Below are positions 10,381 through 20,065 of a DNA stretch of 46,375 nt, in pieces. Source of the DNA: Escherichia phage N15. Position 1 is the stretch's first letter; every line of letters begins with the position of its first letter. The stretch lies in sequence record NC_001901.1. The stretch is one strand, 5' to 3'. Position numbers and translations under genes: made by a program. Under the pieces are notes generated by a model. The model was not told the origin of the DNA and ran no database searches. It saw nothing but the letters and a program-made list of their open reading frames with translations.

Positions 10381-12874
10381 CCTGGTCGTTAACCTTGACG
10401 TTAACTCGACAAAATTCAACGAGCAGCTCAGCTACGTTAAAAAAGAATTAAAGCAGACCGGCAATACGGCAAACGATGAAGCGTTACGTATCCAGCAGTC
10501 CTTCAGCCGCCAGGAGAACGCCGCGCGTAAGGCGGGTATTTCAGTGGGTCAGTATAACGCAGCGATGCGTATGCTCCCGGCGCAGTTTACTGACGTGGCC
10601 ACGCAGCTTGCGGGTGGGCAGAACCCCTGGCTGATTCTGCTTCAGCAGGGCGGTCAGGTTAAGGACTCCTTTGGCGGGATCATTCCGACATTCCGGGCGT
10701 TGCTGGGGACGATTTCCCCGTTGATGGTCGGCATTGGTGCATTGTCCGTTGCAACGGGCGCGTTGTTCTATGCCTGGTACCAGGGCTCTTCCACTCTGTC
10801 TGATTTCAACAAAACGCTGGTACTGTCGGGGAACACAGCCGGACTGACAGCTGACCGCATGCTGGCACTGGCGCGGAACGGACAGGCAGCGGGGCTAACG
10901 TTCAACCAGACCAGTGAAGCCCTGACCGAGCTTATCAATGCAGGTGTGCGTACTGGCTCGCGCTTTGATGAAATGAGCCAGGCGGTGGCGCGGTTTACTG
11001 ATGCCTCCGGCGTGCCGGTGGAGAAAGTCGCGGCAGCCTATGGCAAGCTCGCAACTGACCCGACATCGGGCCTGATCGCGATGGCCCAGCAGTTCCATAA
11101 CGTTACCGCTGAACAGATTGCCCATGTGGCGCAGCTGCAGCGTGCCGGTGATGAGGCTGGCGCACTGCAGGCGGCTAACGAGGCTGCAACAGCCGGATTC
11201 AACGACCAGACCAAAGCCATCCGCGACAATATGGGGACGATTGAATCTTCAGCGGACTCCCTGAAGCGCGCCTTCAAGTCGATGTGGGATGCGGCTCTGG
11301 ATATTGGGCGACCTGACACCGCGCAGGAGATGGTGGCAAAAGCCGAAGCTGCGTTCAAAAAAGCCGATGAAATCTGGAACCTGCGTAAAGGTGACCGATA
11401 TGTCAATGATGAGGCCCGCGCCCGATTCTGGAATGACCGCGAAACAGCCAGACTGGCGCTGGATATGGCGCAGCAGCAGGCGGGAATAGCCAGGGCGAAT
11501 GAAGAGAATGCATCGCGCGAAGCGGCTGCTGAATCGGATCGCCAGAAGTATGCTGCGCAGGCACAGGCAAACTATGCCAAAACGCAGACGGCACTGGAGA
11601 AATACACGGCCAGGCAGAGCGAGCTTAACAAGGCGCTGAAAGAGGGGCGGATCCTCCAGGCTGACTACAACATCAACCTGGCTGCCGCGAAAAAAGAGTA
11701 CGAAGACACCCTTAAAAAGCCGAAGAAGACCCCGGCAATCAGAACCCCCGCAGGTGCCCGTGCAACCGATACGGCCAGCGCCCAGACGCTGGAGCTGCAG
11801 GCACAGCTGCGCACCCTGCAGGAGCATAAGAGCATCAATGACACCATCAGCCAGCAGCGTCAGGAGCTGTGGCGTCAGCAGTCCCGCTTTACGGTTCTGG
11901 AAGAGGCCGCGAAGACCCGGACGCTTTCTGCTGAGGAAAAATCCCTGCTGGCCAGTAAAAGCGAGGTGCTTTCCCGTGCGGAGCTGAATGCGAAGCTCGG
12001 CGATCAGATAGTGGCTCAGGAGCGGCTTAATCGCCTGCAGGATACGTCTCAAAAATACGTCACGCAGATCGGCGAGAAAACCCGAGCCCTGGCGGAAAGT
12101 GCTGGTATGAGCAGTCGTGCAGCACAACGCCGCAATGAAGAGGCCCAGCTTCTTCAGGGCTGGAAAAATGGTGGCGGGTCTGAGAACGATGCCGGTTATC
12201 AGAATGAGCTACAGGCGCTGCAGGCGTATTACGCCGAGCAGGATAAGCTGCGGGACGACTGGCAATCCGGGGCCAAATCCGCATGGGCAGATTATGTTGA
12301 TTCTGCTTCAGATGCTTATGGCCAGATGAAGTCGTTTGCCACCAGTACGTTTGATGGCATCGGGCAAAATATGGCTGACATGCTGACGCGCGGAAAGGCT
12401 GACTGGGCTGACTTCACCCGCTCCACGCTCTCCATGCTGACACAGATCCTGCTGAAACAGGCGATGGTAGGCCTGGTGGATTCAGCGACAACCGCGCTGG
12501 GATTTGCAGGTGGCGGTTATACCGGTTCAGGCGGGAAATATGAACCTGCAGGTGTCGTTCACCGTGGTGAATTTGTTTTCACCAAAGAGGCTACAAACCG
12601 GATCGGCGTCGGCAATCTTTACCGGATGATGAAAGGGTATGCCACGGGTGGGTATGTCGGGGGCGGTGGTACAGGTCCAGCTGCAGCACCTTTCGGTGTC
12701 AGTGTATATGCCCCGGTGACGGTCGAAAATGCTTCCGGTAACGCACAGCAGCAAAACGACGGAGACAGGCTGGGTAAAGCGTATCAGCAGGTGATTAACA
12801 AATCTGTCAACGATGGCATCGCCAGGGCAATCCAGCCCGGTGGGCTTATCTGGAATGCGACCAATCGCAGGTAA
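10358..12874 (+). CDS. tail tape measure protein (lambda gpH-like)
   Basis: 838 aa, AGGAGG RBS, long coiled-coil-rich sequence, Gly-rich C-terminal part, synteny. Confidence 0.95.
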   Translation: MAQTAVGDLVVNLDVNSTKFNEQLSYVKKELKQTGNTANDEALRIQQSFSRQENAARKAGISVGQYNAAMRMLPAQFTDVATQLAGGQNPWLILLQQGGQVKDSFGGIIPTFRALLGTISPLMVGIGALSVATGALFYAWYQGSSTLSDFNKTLVLSGNTAGLTADRMLALARNGQAAGLTFNQTSEALTELINAGVRTGSRFDEMSQAVARFTDASGVPVEKVAAAYGKLATDPTSGLIAMAQQFHNVTAEQIAHVAQLQRAGDEAGALQAANEAATAGFNDQTKAIRDNMGTIESSADSLKRAFKSMWDAALDIGRPDTAQEMVAKAEAAFKKADEIWNLRKGDRYVNDEARARFWNDRETARLALDMAQQQAGIARANEENASREAAAESDRQKYAAQAQANYAKTQTALEKYTARQSELNKALKEGRILQADYNINLAAAKKEYEDTLKKPKKTPAIRTPAGARATDTASAQTLELQAQLRTLQEHKSINDTISQQRQELWRQQSRFTVLEEAAKTRTLSAEEKSLLASKSEVLSRAELNAKLGDQIVAQERLNRLQDTSQKYVTQIGEKTRALAESAGMSSRAAQRRNEEAQLLQGWKNGGGSENDAGYQNELQALQAYYAEQDKLRDDWQSGAKSAWADYVDSASDAYGQMKSFATSTFDGIGQNMADMLTRGKADWADFTRSTLSMLTQILLKQAMVGLVDSATTALGFAGGGYTGSGGKYEPAGVVHRGEFVFTKEATNRIGVGNLYRMMKGYATGGYVGGGGTGPAAAPFGVSVYAPVTVENASGNAQQQNDGDRLGKAYQQVINKSVNDGIARAIQPGGLIWNATNRR

Positions 12875-12879
12875 CAGTT

Positions 12880-13227
12880 ATGACGATAGAAACATTCTCC
12901 TGGGGGATTAAGGTCTCCAGCCAGCCCACCGAGGGAAGCAAAGACACTGTCAGGAAGATCCAGTTCGGCGACGGGTACGCACAGGTGAGCGGCTCAGGTC
13001 TGAATGACGAGATTCGCACCTATGAGTTTTCCTTTTCAGGGGATCCGATTACAGCGAATGAAATTCATGCCTTCCTTCGGCGGCATAAAGTGAAATCGTT
13101 TATTTTCACTCCGCCGTTCGGCGATACCGCGCTGTGGCGTGTCGAGGCTGACACGCTCAAAAAGGTGGTTAAAAACGTAAAAGTGATAACCGTAACCGCA
13201 ACGTTTGAACAGGCATTTGCACCATGA
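12880..13227 (+). CDS. minor tail protein (lambda gpM-like)
   Basis: 115 aa, synteny after tape measure. Confidence 0.8.
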   Translation: MTIETFSWGIKVSSQPTEGSKDTVRKIQFGDGYAQVSGSGLNDEIRTYEFSFSGDPITANEIHAFLRRHKVKSFIFTPPFGDTALWRVEADTLKKVVKNVKVITVTATFEQAFAP

Positions 13228-13979
13228 GTCTTAATGCTGATTATCAAAAACTTGAGCCGGGCAATGAAGTCCGGCTTTTTTCTGTCGATGGCACAGCGTT
13301 CGGTATGTCAGATGTACTCCGCTTTCACGCACATAACATCGCGCATACCCCGGAAGAGATTGAGGCTGCAGGCGGGGATGAGAATAAACTTCCGGCGAAG
13401 TCCATCTGGTGGCAGGGGGAGGAGTATAAAGCCTGGCCGTGTCAGGTTGAGGGTATTGAAGCGACCACGGACGGTACTAGTCCACAGCCAAAACTGACGG
13501 TGGCGAACCTCGACAGCTCTATCTCGGCGCTCTGTCTGGCGTATGACGATCTGCTGCAGGCGAAAGTCACTATCCATGACACGCTGGCGAAGTATCTGGA
13601 TGCCAGAAACTTTCCGCAGGGTAACCCCACCGCAGATCCGTCACAGGAAAAGCTGAAGGTCTTTTATATTGACGCCAGAAACACCGAGACGGATGAAGTG
13701 GTGGAATTTATCCTTTCCAGCCCGATGGATTTACAGGGCCGGATGATACCGACCCGGCAGCTGCATTCTCTGTGTTCCTGGTGCATCCGGAACAAATACC
13801 GAACCGGCGACGGCTGCGACTACGCCGGAACGCGCTATTTCGACAAGCACAATAACCCTGTTGACGATCCTTCGCTGGATGAATGCAACGGTACGCTGAC
13901 GGCCTGCAAGCTGCGTCATGGAGACAGCAACGAGCTGCCGTTCGGCGGTTTCCCCGGTACATCCCTTATCAGGAGCTGA
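13224..13979 (+). CDS. minor tail protein (lambda gpL-like)
   Basis: 251 aa, Cys-rich C-terminal cluster (CSWC...C...C), synteny. Confidence 0.8.
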   Translation: MSLNADYQKLEPGNEVRLFSVDGTAFGMSDVLRFHAHNIAHTPEEIEAAGGDENKLPAKSIWWQGEEYKAWPCQVEGIEATTDGTSPQPKLTVANLDSSISALCLAYDDLLQAKVTIHDTLAKYLDARNFPQGNPTADPSQEKLKVFYIDARNTETDEVVEFILSSPMDLQGRMIPTRQLHSLCSWCIRNKYRTGDGCDYAGTRYFDKHNNPVDDPSLDECNGTLTACKLRHGDSNELPFGGFPGTSLIRS

Positions 13980-13980
13980 T

Positions 13981-14712
13981 ATGCGCCAGAAAACCATTGA
14001 TGCCATCATGGCGCACGCCGCTGCGGAATATCCGCGCGAGTGCTGCGGCGTGGTAGCGCAGAAAAGCCGGGTTGAGCGCTATTTCCCCTGCCGCAACCTC
14101 TCAGCCGAGCCGACAGAGCATTTTCACCTTTCTCCTGAAGACTACGCAGCTGCCGAGGACTGGGGGACGGTGGTGGCCATTGTTCACAGCCACCCTGACG
14201 CCACGACACAGCCGAGCGAACTGGATAAAGCGCAATGTGATGCAACGCTGCTGCCCTGGCATATTGTGAGCTGGCCGGAGGGGGATTTACGCACTATTCA
14301 GCCGCGCGGGGAACTGCCGCTACTGGAGCGCCCGTTCGTGCTTGGCCACTTTGATTGCTGGGGGCTGGTCATGAGCTATTTCCGGCAGACCCACGGTATC
14401 GAACTCCATGATTACCGCGTCGACTATCCCTGGTGGGAGAACAGCTATCCGGACAACTTCTATCAGGACTGCTGGTACGAGTGCGGATTCAGGGAGTTTG
14501 ACGGCCCGCCTCAGGAAGGGGACCTCGTCATCATGCAGGTGCAGGCGGATAAGTGGAACCATGCCGGAATATTGCTGGAAGGTAACATGCTGCTGCACCA
14601 TCTTTACGGGCATCTGAGCCAGCGCGTGCCGTATGGTGGCTACTGGCAGGAGCGCACGATGAAAATCGTTCGATATAAAGATGTAAGGGGTAATGAAGCA
14701 TGCAGGAAGTGA
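13981..14712 (+). CDS. tail assembly protein (lambda gpK-like), JAMM/MPN + NlpC/P60-like
   Basis: HSHPDATTQPSELD JAMM-like motif and Cys/His motif FDCWGLV; ATG immediately after L stop. Confidence 0.85.
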   Translation: MRQKTIDAIMAHAAAEYPRECCGVVAQKSRVERYFPCRNLSAEPTEHFHLSPEDYAAAEDWGTVVAIVHSHPDATTQPSELDKAQCDATLLPWHIVSWPEGDLRTIQPRGELPLLERPFVLGHFDCWGLVMSYFRQTHGIELHDYRVDYPWWENSYPDNFYQDCWYECGFREFDGPPQEGDLVIMQVQADKWNHAGILLEGNMLLHHLYGHLSQRVPYGGYWQERTMKIVRYKDVRGNEACRK

Positions 14713-15290
14713 TGAGCCGTATTGAGCTTGGCGGTGTGCTCGGAAAAACGTTCGGCAAAGTTCATCATCGCCTGATTTCCCGCGTGAGCGAGGCGGGTGT
14801 TGCGCTGGCAAAGACGGTTCCGGGATTTGAGCAGTTTATGATCTCCAGCCAGCGCCGTGGGCTCACTTATTCCGTATTCAAAGGGAAAAAGAATATTGGT
14901 GTTGATGACCTTGGCTTCCCGGTCACCGGCGATGTTATCCGCATTGTTCCGGTCATTATCGGGAGTAAAAAAGCGGGTGTACTACAGACTATTTTAGGTG
15001 CGGTTCTGGTTGCTGTCGGTGTGGTTCTTAATTTCACGCCCTGGGCTGCGGCTTCACCATTCTTCTACAAACTTGGTGCCGCAGTCATGCTGGGCGGCGT
15101 TGTCCAGATGCTTTCCCCTCAACCAGCGGGTCTGGCCAGCAAACAAAGCTCTGATAACCGCGCCTCCTACGCGTTTGGCGGGGTCACAAATACCGCTGCG
15201 CAGGGCTACCCGGTACCACTTCTTTATGGTCGTCGGCGAATTGGCGGCGCGATTATTTCTGCCGGGATATATGTCGAAGATCAGCAGTAA
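14700..15290 (+). CDS. tail assembly protein (lambda gpI-like)
   Basis: 196 aa; hydrophobic Gly/Ala-rich middle and LLYGRRRIGG tail resemble lambda I. Confidence 0.8.
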   Translation: MQEVMSRIELGGVLGKTFGKVHHRLISRVSEAGVALAKTVPGFEQFMISSQRRGLTYSVFKGKKNIGVDDLGFPVTGDVIRIVPVIIGSKKAGVLQTILGAVLVAVGVVLNFTPWAAASPFFYKLGAAVMLGGVVQMLSPQPAGLASKQSSDNRASYAFGGVTNTAAQGYPVPLLYGRRRIGGAIISAGIYVEDQQ

Positions 15291-15304
15291 ATAAAAACCT
15301 TCTT

Positions 15305-15331
15305 TCAGCCACCTCCGGGTGGCTTTTTTTA
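15305..15331 (+). terminator. rho-independent terminator-like hairpin between I-like and J-like genes
   Basis: agccacctccgggtggct hairpin followed by T7. Confidence 0.6.
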
Positions 15332-15341
15332 TGGGCGCAAT

Positions 15342-18300
15342 ATGGCTACATCTACTCCGATTAGAGGCCGCAAGGGCGGCAGCTCCAGTTCCCGCACCCC
15401 TACCGAACAACCAGACGATCTCCAGTCCGTAGCGAAGGCCAAGATTCTTGTTGCGCTGGGAGAGGGGGAATTTGCCGGGCAGCTAACGGCTAAAGATATT
15501 TATCTTGATGGCACACCACTTGAGAACGCTGATGGGTCGCAGAACTTTAGCGGCGTGGCGTGGGAGTTCCGTCCGGGGACTCAGGCTCAAAACTACATCC
15601 AGGGAATCCCCGGTACCGAGAATGAAATCAGCGTCGGTACCGAAGTTTCAAGCGCTACCGCCTGGACGCACACCTTTACCAATACCCAACTGTCAGCTGT
15701 TCGTCTGCGGCTCAAATGGCCATCGCTGTTTAAACAGGAGGACGACGGCGATCTGGTTGGCTATTCGATTAACTACGCTATTGATCTGCAGACCGATGGC
15801 GGCACCTGGCAGACGGTGCTTAATACCAGCGTAACCGGGAAAACAACATCCGGCTACGAGCGCAGCCACCGTATCGACTTACCACAGGCGGGAAGCACAT
15901 GGACGGTACGCATTCGCAAGCTCACGGCAGATGCCAATAGCGCGAAAATAGGCGACAAGATGACGCTGCAGAGCTACACAGAGGTCATTGACGCCAAACT
16001 GCGTTATCCAAATACCGCGCTGCTGTACATCGAATTCGACTCAAGCCAGTTTAACGGCTCTATCCCGCAAATATCCTGCGAACCGCGAGGGCGTGTTATC
16101 CGCGTACCGGATACTTACGACCCAGAAACCCGCACTTATAACGGCACCTGGCTGGGGACGTTTAAATGGGCATGGACTGATAATCCGGCCTGGATTTTTT
16201 ACGATCTGGTGGTGAGTGACCGCTTTGGCCTTGGCGACCGCCTGACGGCAGCAAATATTGATAAATGGACGCTTTACCAGGTTGCACAATATTGCGATCA
16301 GCCGGTACCAGACGGAAAAGGCGGTTCCGGCACCGAGCCTCGCTATACCTGTAACGTGTATGTGCAGGAGAGGAATGACGCTTATACCGTTTTGCGTGAT
16401 TTTGCGGCCATATTCCGTGGCATGACGTACTGGGGCGGCGATCAAATCGTTGCGCTGGCTGATATGCCCCGCGATGTGGATTACAGCTATACGCGCGCTA
16501 ATGTGGTTGACGGCCGTTTTACCTATTCAGGCAGCACCACGAAAACCCGCTACACCACGGCACTGGTTTCCTGGTCCGATCCGGGCAACGCCTATGCAGA
16601 CGCGATGGAGCCTGTATTTGAACAGGAACTCGTGTCCCGCTTTGGTTCAAACCAGCTCGAAATGACAGCTATTGGTTGTACCCGACAGTCAGAGGCAAAC
16701 CGTAAGGGGCGCTGGGGTATCCTGACCAATAATAAGGATCGCGTCGTATCGTTCAATGTCGGTCTGGACGGCAACATTCCACAGCCCGGTTATATTATTG
16801 CGGTTGCCGATGAGCTGCTATCCGGGAAGGTGATGGGAGGGCGTATCAGAGCGGTTAATGGTCGCGTCATTACTCTAGATCGTGATTCTGCAGCAGCAGC
16901 CGGAAGCCGCCTCATGGTTAACCTGCCGTCTGGCGCATCGCAGAGCAGGACGATACAGAGCGTAAACGGTCGGGCGGTCACCGTGACCACGGCATACAGC
17001 GAAACGCCGGAAGTAGAATCGGTGTGGATTGTCGAATCCGACGAGCTTTATGCGCAGCAATATCGCGTTATTAGCGTCGCTGATAATAATGATGGAACGT
17101 TTTCGATTTCGGGTGTTTTTCACGATCCGGATAAGTATGCCCGTATTGATACCGGCGCAATCATCGACCAGCGACCAATAAGCGTTATTCCTCCAGGTAA
17201 CCAGTCTGCGCCAGCCAATATTGTGATCAGCTCGTTTTCGGTGGTTCAGCAGAATGTCAGCGTTGAGACCATGCGCGTCAGCTGGGACCAGGCGAAAAAC
17301 GCAATTGCCTATGAGGCACAGTGGCGTCGTAATGACGGGAACTGGGTGAATGTGCCGCGCAGCTCCACCACATCCTTCGATGTTCCGGGCATTTACGCAG
17401 GACGCTATCTGGTTCGTGTGCGTGCCATAAATGCCGCCGAAATTTCGTCCGGATGGGGCTATTCAGAAGAGAAAACGCTGACGGGGAAAGTGGGCAATCC
17501 GCCAAAGCCTGTTGGATTCACGGCCACGGGCATTAACTGGGGGATTCGTCTGAACTGGGGGTTTCCGGCAAACACCGGCGATACGTTAAAAACGGAAATC
17601 CAGTACACAGCTAATAGCGACTTTTCAGATCCTTTGCTGCTTACCGACGTCCCATATCCCTCATCTGAATATATCCAGCTTGGACTGAAGGCTGGGCAAG
17701 AGTTCTGGTACCGCGCGCAGCTGGTCGACAGAACGGGTAACGAGTCCGGGTATACCGACTGGATAAGGGGGATGTCTAACGATAATGCCGATGATTATCT
17801 TGGCGATCTTGCAGACGACTTTATGAAGGCGGAGGACGGGGAGCGTCTTACCGGTGATATAGATACCAATATTGAGGGAATACTGCAGAACGCGCTGGCC
17901 AATCATGGAACAGTCGAGCATCAATGGGCGCAATACGGAGAAGTTCGTGCCGATATTCTTGTAGTCAAAACGACTATTGCTGAAGTTGACAGGGCAATGG
18001 CCGAAATGTCAACTCAGGTGCAGGCGCAGATAAGCGACGTCACTGCGGCACTGGAGGACAAACTTACCGCCGTGGTCGATGCCTCCGGCGCTTCGGCGAT
18101 CTACACCCTTAAAGCAGGCGTGAGGATAAACGGCATCATGTATAACGCAGGGATGTCGATTGCCGTTCTGGCGCAGGCAGGGCAGCCGATTGTTACCCGC
18201 GTAGGTTTCAACGCTAACCAGTTCGTGCTGATGAGTGGCAGTGGTGATACCCAGTATTCGCCGTTCGCGGTGGTTAATGGCCAGGTCTTTATCAGCTCTG

Positions 18301-18527
18301 CGTTTATCCAGGATGGCACGATCACGAATGCCAAAATCGGTAATTTTATCCAGTCCAACAATTATGTCGCCGGGCAGTCCGGGTGGAAACTGGATAAAGG
18401 AGGTACCTGGGAAAACTACGGCAGCGACGGGGAGGGCGCAAGAAAGACTACGAATGTAACGGACAGCATCAGGGACGCGAACGGCGTTCTCCGCGTACAG
18501 ATTGGTAAAATTACGGGGGTATTTTGA
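15342..18527 (+). CDS. central tail fibre / host specificity protein (lambda gpJ-like)
   Basis: 1061 aa; gpJ family N-terminal region and internal fibronectin-III-like segment; synteny. Confidence 0.95.
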   Translation: MATSTPIRGRKGGSSSSRTPTEQPDDLQSVAKAKILVALGEGEFAGQLTAKDIYLDGTPLENADGSQNFSGVAWEFRPGTQAQNYIQGIPGTENEISVGTEVSSATAWTHTFTNTQLSAVRLRLKWPSLFKQEDDGDLVGYSINYAIDLQTDGGTWQTVLNTSVTGKTTSGYERSHRIDLPQAGSTWTVRIRKLTADANSAKIGDKMTLQSYTEVIDAKLRYPNTALLYIEFDSSQFNGSIPQISCEPRGRVIRVPDTYDPETRTYNGTWLGTFKWAWTDNPAWIFYDLVVSDRFGLGDRLTAANIDKWTLYQVAQYCDQPVPDGKGGSGTEPRYTCNVYVQERNDAYTVLRDFAAIFRGMTYWGGDQIVALADMPRDVDYSYTRANVVDGRFTYSGSTTKTRYTTALVSWSDPGNAYADAMEPVFEQELVSRFGSNQLEMTAIGCTRQSEANRKGRWGILTNNKDRVVSFNVGLDGNIPQPGYIIAVADELLSGKVMGGRIRAVNGRVITLDRDSAAAAGSRLMVNLPSGASQSRTIQSVNGRAVTVTTAYSETPEVESVWIVESDELYAQQYRVISVADNNDGTFSISGVFHDPDKYARIDTGAIIDQRPISVIPPGNQSAPANIVISSFSVVQQNVSVETMRVSWDQAKNAIAYEAQWRRNDGNWVNVPRSSTTSFDVPGIYAGRYLVRVRAINAAEISSGWGYSEEKTLTGKVGNPPKPVGFTATGINWGIRLNWGFPANTGDTLKTEIQYTANSDFSDPLLLTDVPYPSSEYIQLGLKAGQEFWYRAQLVDRTGNESGYTDWIRGMSNDNADDYLGDLADDFMKAEDGERLTGDIDTNIEGILQNALANHGTVEHQWAQYGEVRADILVVKTTIAEVDRAMAEMSTQVQAQISDVTAALEDKLTAVVDASGASAIYTLKAGVRINGIMYNAGMSIAVLAQAGQPIVTRVGFNANQFVLMSGSGDTQYSPFAVVNGQVFISSAFIQDGTITNAKIGNFIQSNNYVAGQSGWKLDKGGTWENYGSDGEGARKTTNVTDSIRDANGVLRVQIGKITGVF

Positions 18528-18829
18528 TGACGTGGGGCATTCAGACGTGGGATGCCAATGGCAACCCGAACAATTACGGTATTAAGCCAGTTTCAGTGGT
18601 AGGCCGCATCCCGCTTTCTGAGGGGCAAAATTCCGGAAGCTGGTCTTTTGCCATTCCGGCAGGAATGAAGGTTGGGTTTGCCGTTTCTCTGGATAAGGGG
18701 GCGGTCTCTGTGGGACGACGTATCGTCGCCAGCGGAAATACGATAACTCTTTCCGCGGCAAGCAGCGTAGGGATTGGAAACTATCCAGCATCTGAATGTG
18801 AGCTCATAGTTTATGTGGAGAAAGCCTAA
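18527..18829 (+). CDS. hypothetical protein downstream of J
   Basis: ATG overlapping J stop (ATGA); shares W-x-I/F-x-x-WDA-x-G motif with next ORF. Confidence 0.5.
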   Translation: MTWGIQTWDANGNPNNYGIKPVSVVGRIPLSEGQNSGSWSFAIPAGMKVGFAVSLDKGAVSVGRRIVASGNTITLSAASSVGIGNYPASECELIVYVEKA

Positions 18830-19506
18830 TGGCAGATTATGGCGCGCTGATTGCTCTGGAAAACGGAAATCCTTTTATTACCCCACAGTCCACACCATTC
18901 TGTCTATACAGAAAGGTAGTGGTTAACTCAGTGGCAAATGGGGCATACCACGGTGCTTCTGCGACGGTAGCTCTGGATGCTTCTTATCCGGCGATGGTTT
19001 TTTGCAAAACGAGTGATACAGCCCAGCCCACTACAGTCGGGGCAACCCGGTCAGGAGGAAACATTCTTGTTGGATCGAGCAGTCCTTATGGACAGGCACA
19101 TACATTAACGGCTTACATCTTTGCTATTTATCCTCAGACATTGCCAAAATGGGGATTTGCTATCTGGGATGCCACTGGGAAGTTGGTTCTGACAAACGAA
19201 AGTCGGATATTGAGTGACCTTGTGACTGTTGGGTCGCCTGGATCTACGACAGGTGGAATTAATATTGACGTCACTCTGCCTGGTAGTTATGCGGTGGCAC
19301 CCGCTATTCTTGGCTCCCAGATAATCCAGAACAATAACACTAAACCACCCACTATTGTGAATATCACCGCTTACTCAGGATGTCGGTTTAATGGTTCATC
19401 AACCAGAATTAATGCCGCGCCGTCGACAACGGCTACAGGTTCTGCTGCGGGAGGGACAACGACTGGAATAGCTTTGACGGCCATCAACACCGCAGCATAC
19501 GATTAA
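18829..19506 (+). CDS. hypothetical protein downstream of J (paralogous motif to preceding ORF)
   Basis: RBS GGAGAAAG; start overlaps previous stop; Thr/Gly/Ala-rich C-terminus. Confidence 0.5.
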   Translation: MADYGALIALENGNPFITPQSTPFCLYRKVVVNSVANGAYHGASATVALDASYPAMVFCKTSDTAQPTTVGATRSGGNILVGSSSPYGQAHTLTAYIFAIYPQTLPKWGFAIWDATGKLVLTNESRILSDLVTVGSPGSTTGGINIDVTLPGSYAVAPAILGSQIIQNNNTKPPTIVNITAYSGCRFNGSSTRINAAPSTTATGSAAGGTTTGIALTAINTAAYD

Positions 19507-19617
19507 TTGATCGTTATTATCGATTGATTAATGAATATCTATATACCTTATTGGCTATTATTGGCATCGTAATACTGTTATTGTTTATAAACTTATATTT
19601 ACGGGGAATTTTCAAAA

Positions 19618-19854
19618 ATGGGAAAAACCATTATTGCCATTGGATTTTCGTTATTACTTTCTGGATGCTCAGGTATGCTCGAAAAGCAGTCTCCAGTGTG
19701 TACTGGCACAGCTTTGATAGGTGGTCAGGAAACAGAAGTTCAAATTTACAGCATTCGTAAGCAAAACAATCAGACTATGTATCGAGCTGGCTATCCGTTC
19801 AATTGGCAGTGGGTTGGGAAAAATAACTTTATTTCAACCACGTGTGGCACCTAA
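19618..19854 (+). CDS. cor: small lipoprotein, Cor-like (FhuA-directed superinfection exclusion / lysogenic conversion)
   Basis: 78 aa, signal peptide with lipobox LLSGC; AT-rich upstream region; terminator downstream; position after tail genes as for phi80/N15 cor. Confidence 0.6.
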   Translation: MGKTIIAIGFSLLLSGCSGMLEKQSPVCTGTALIGGQETEVQIYSIRKQNNQTMYRAGYPFNWQWVGKNNFISTTCGT

Positions 19855-20020
19855 ATTTGTTATTAAAAATGCTATAAGGTAGCATTATGTCGCTGTTGTG
19901 AATCCACCTATGCGGATGGGCGTACAGCTGAGCTATCTCTGATGAGATCGTAAACGAGACCGCGGACTCTTTGGCTGGAGAGTTCACTGGGAGGCACCCA
20001 GCACAACAGCAACCAATTAC

Positions 20021-20047
20021 AAACCCTGCTTCGGCAGGGTTTTTTAT
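20021..20047 (+). terminator. rho-independent terminator
   Basis: accctgcttcggcagggt hairpin followed by T-run. Confidence 0.7.
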
Positions 20048-20065
20048 TGCCCAAAAGGAGGGCAT

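Noticed and set aside
11249-12127. 292-aa ORF on the - strand inside the tape measure gene
   Set aside because: Antisense to a high-confidence gene in GC-rich, Ala-rich coding sequence, where spurious open frames are common.
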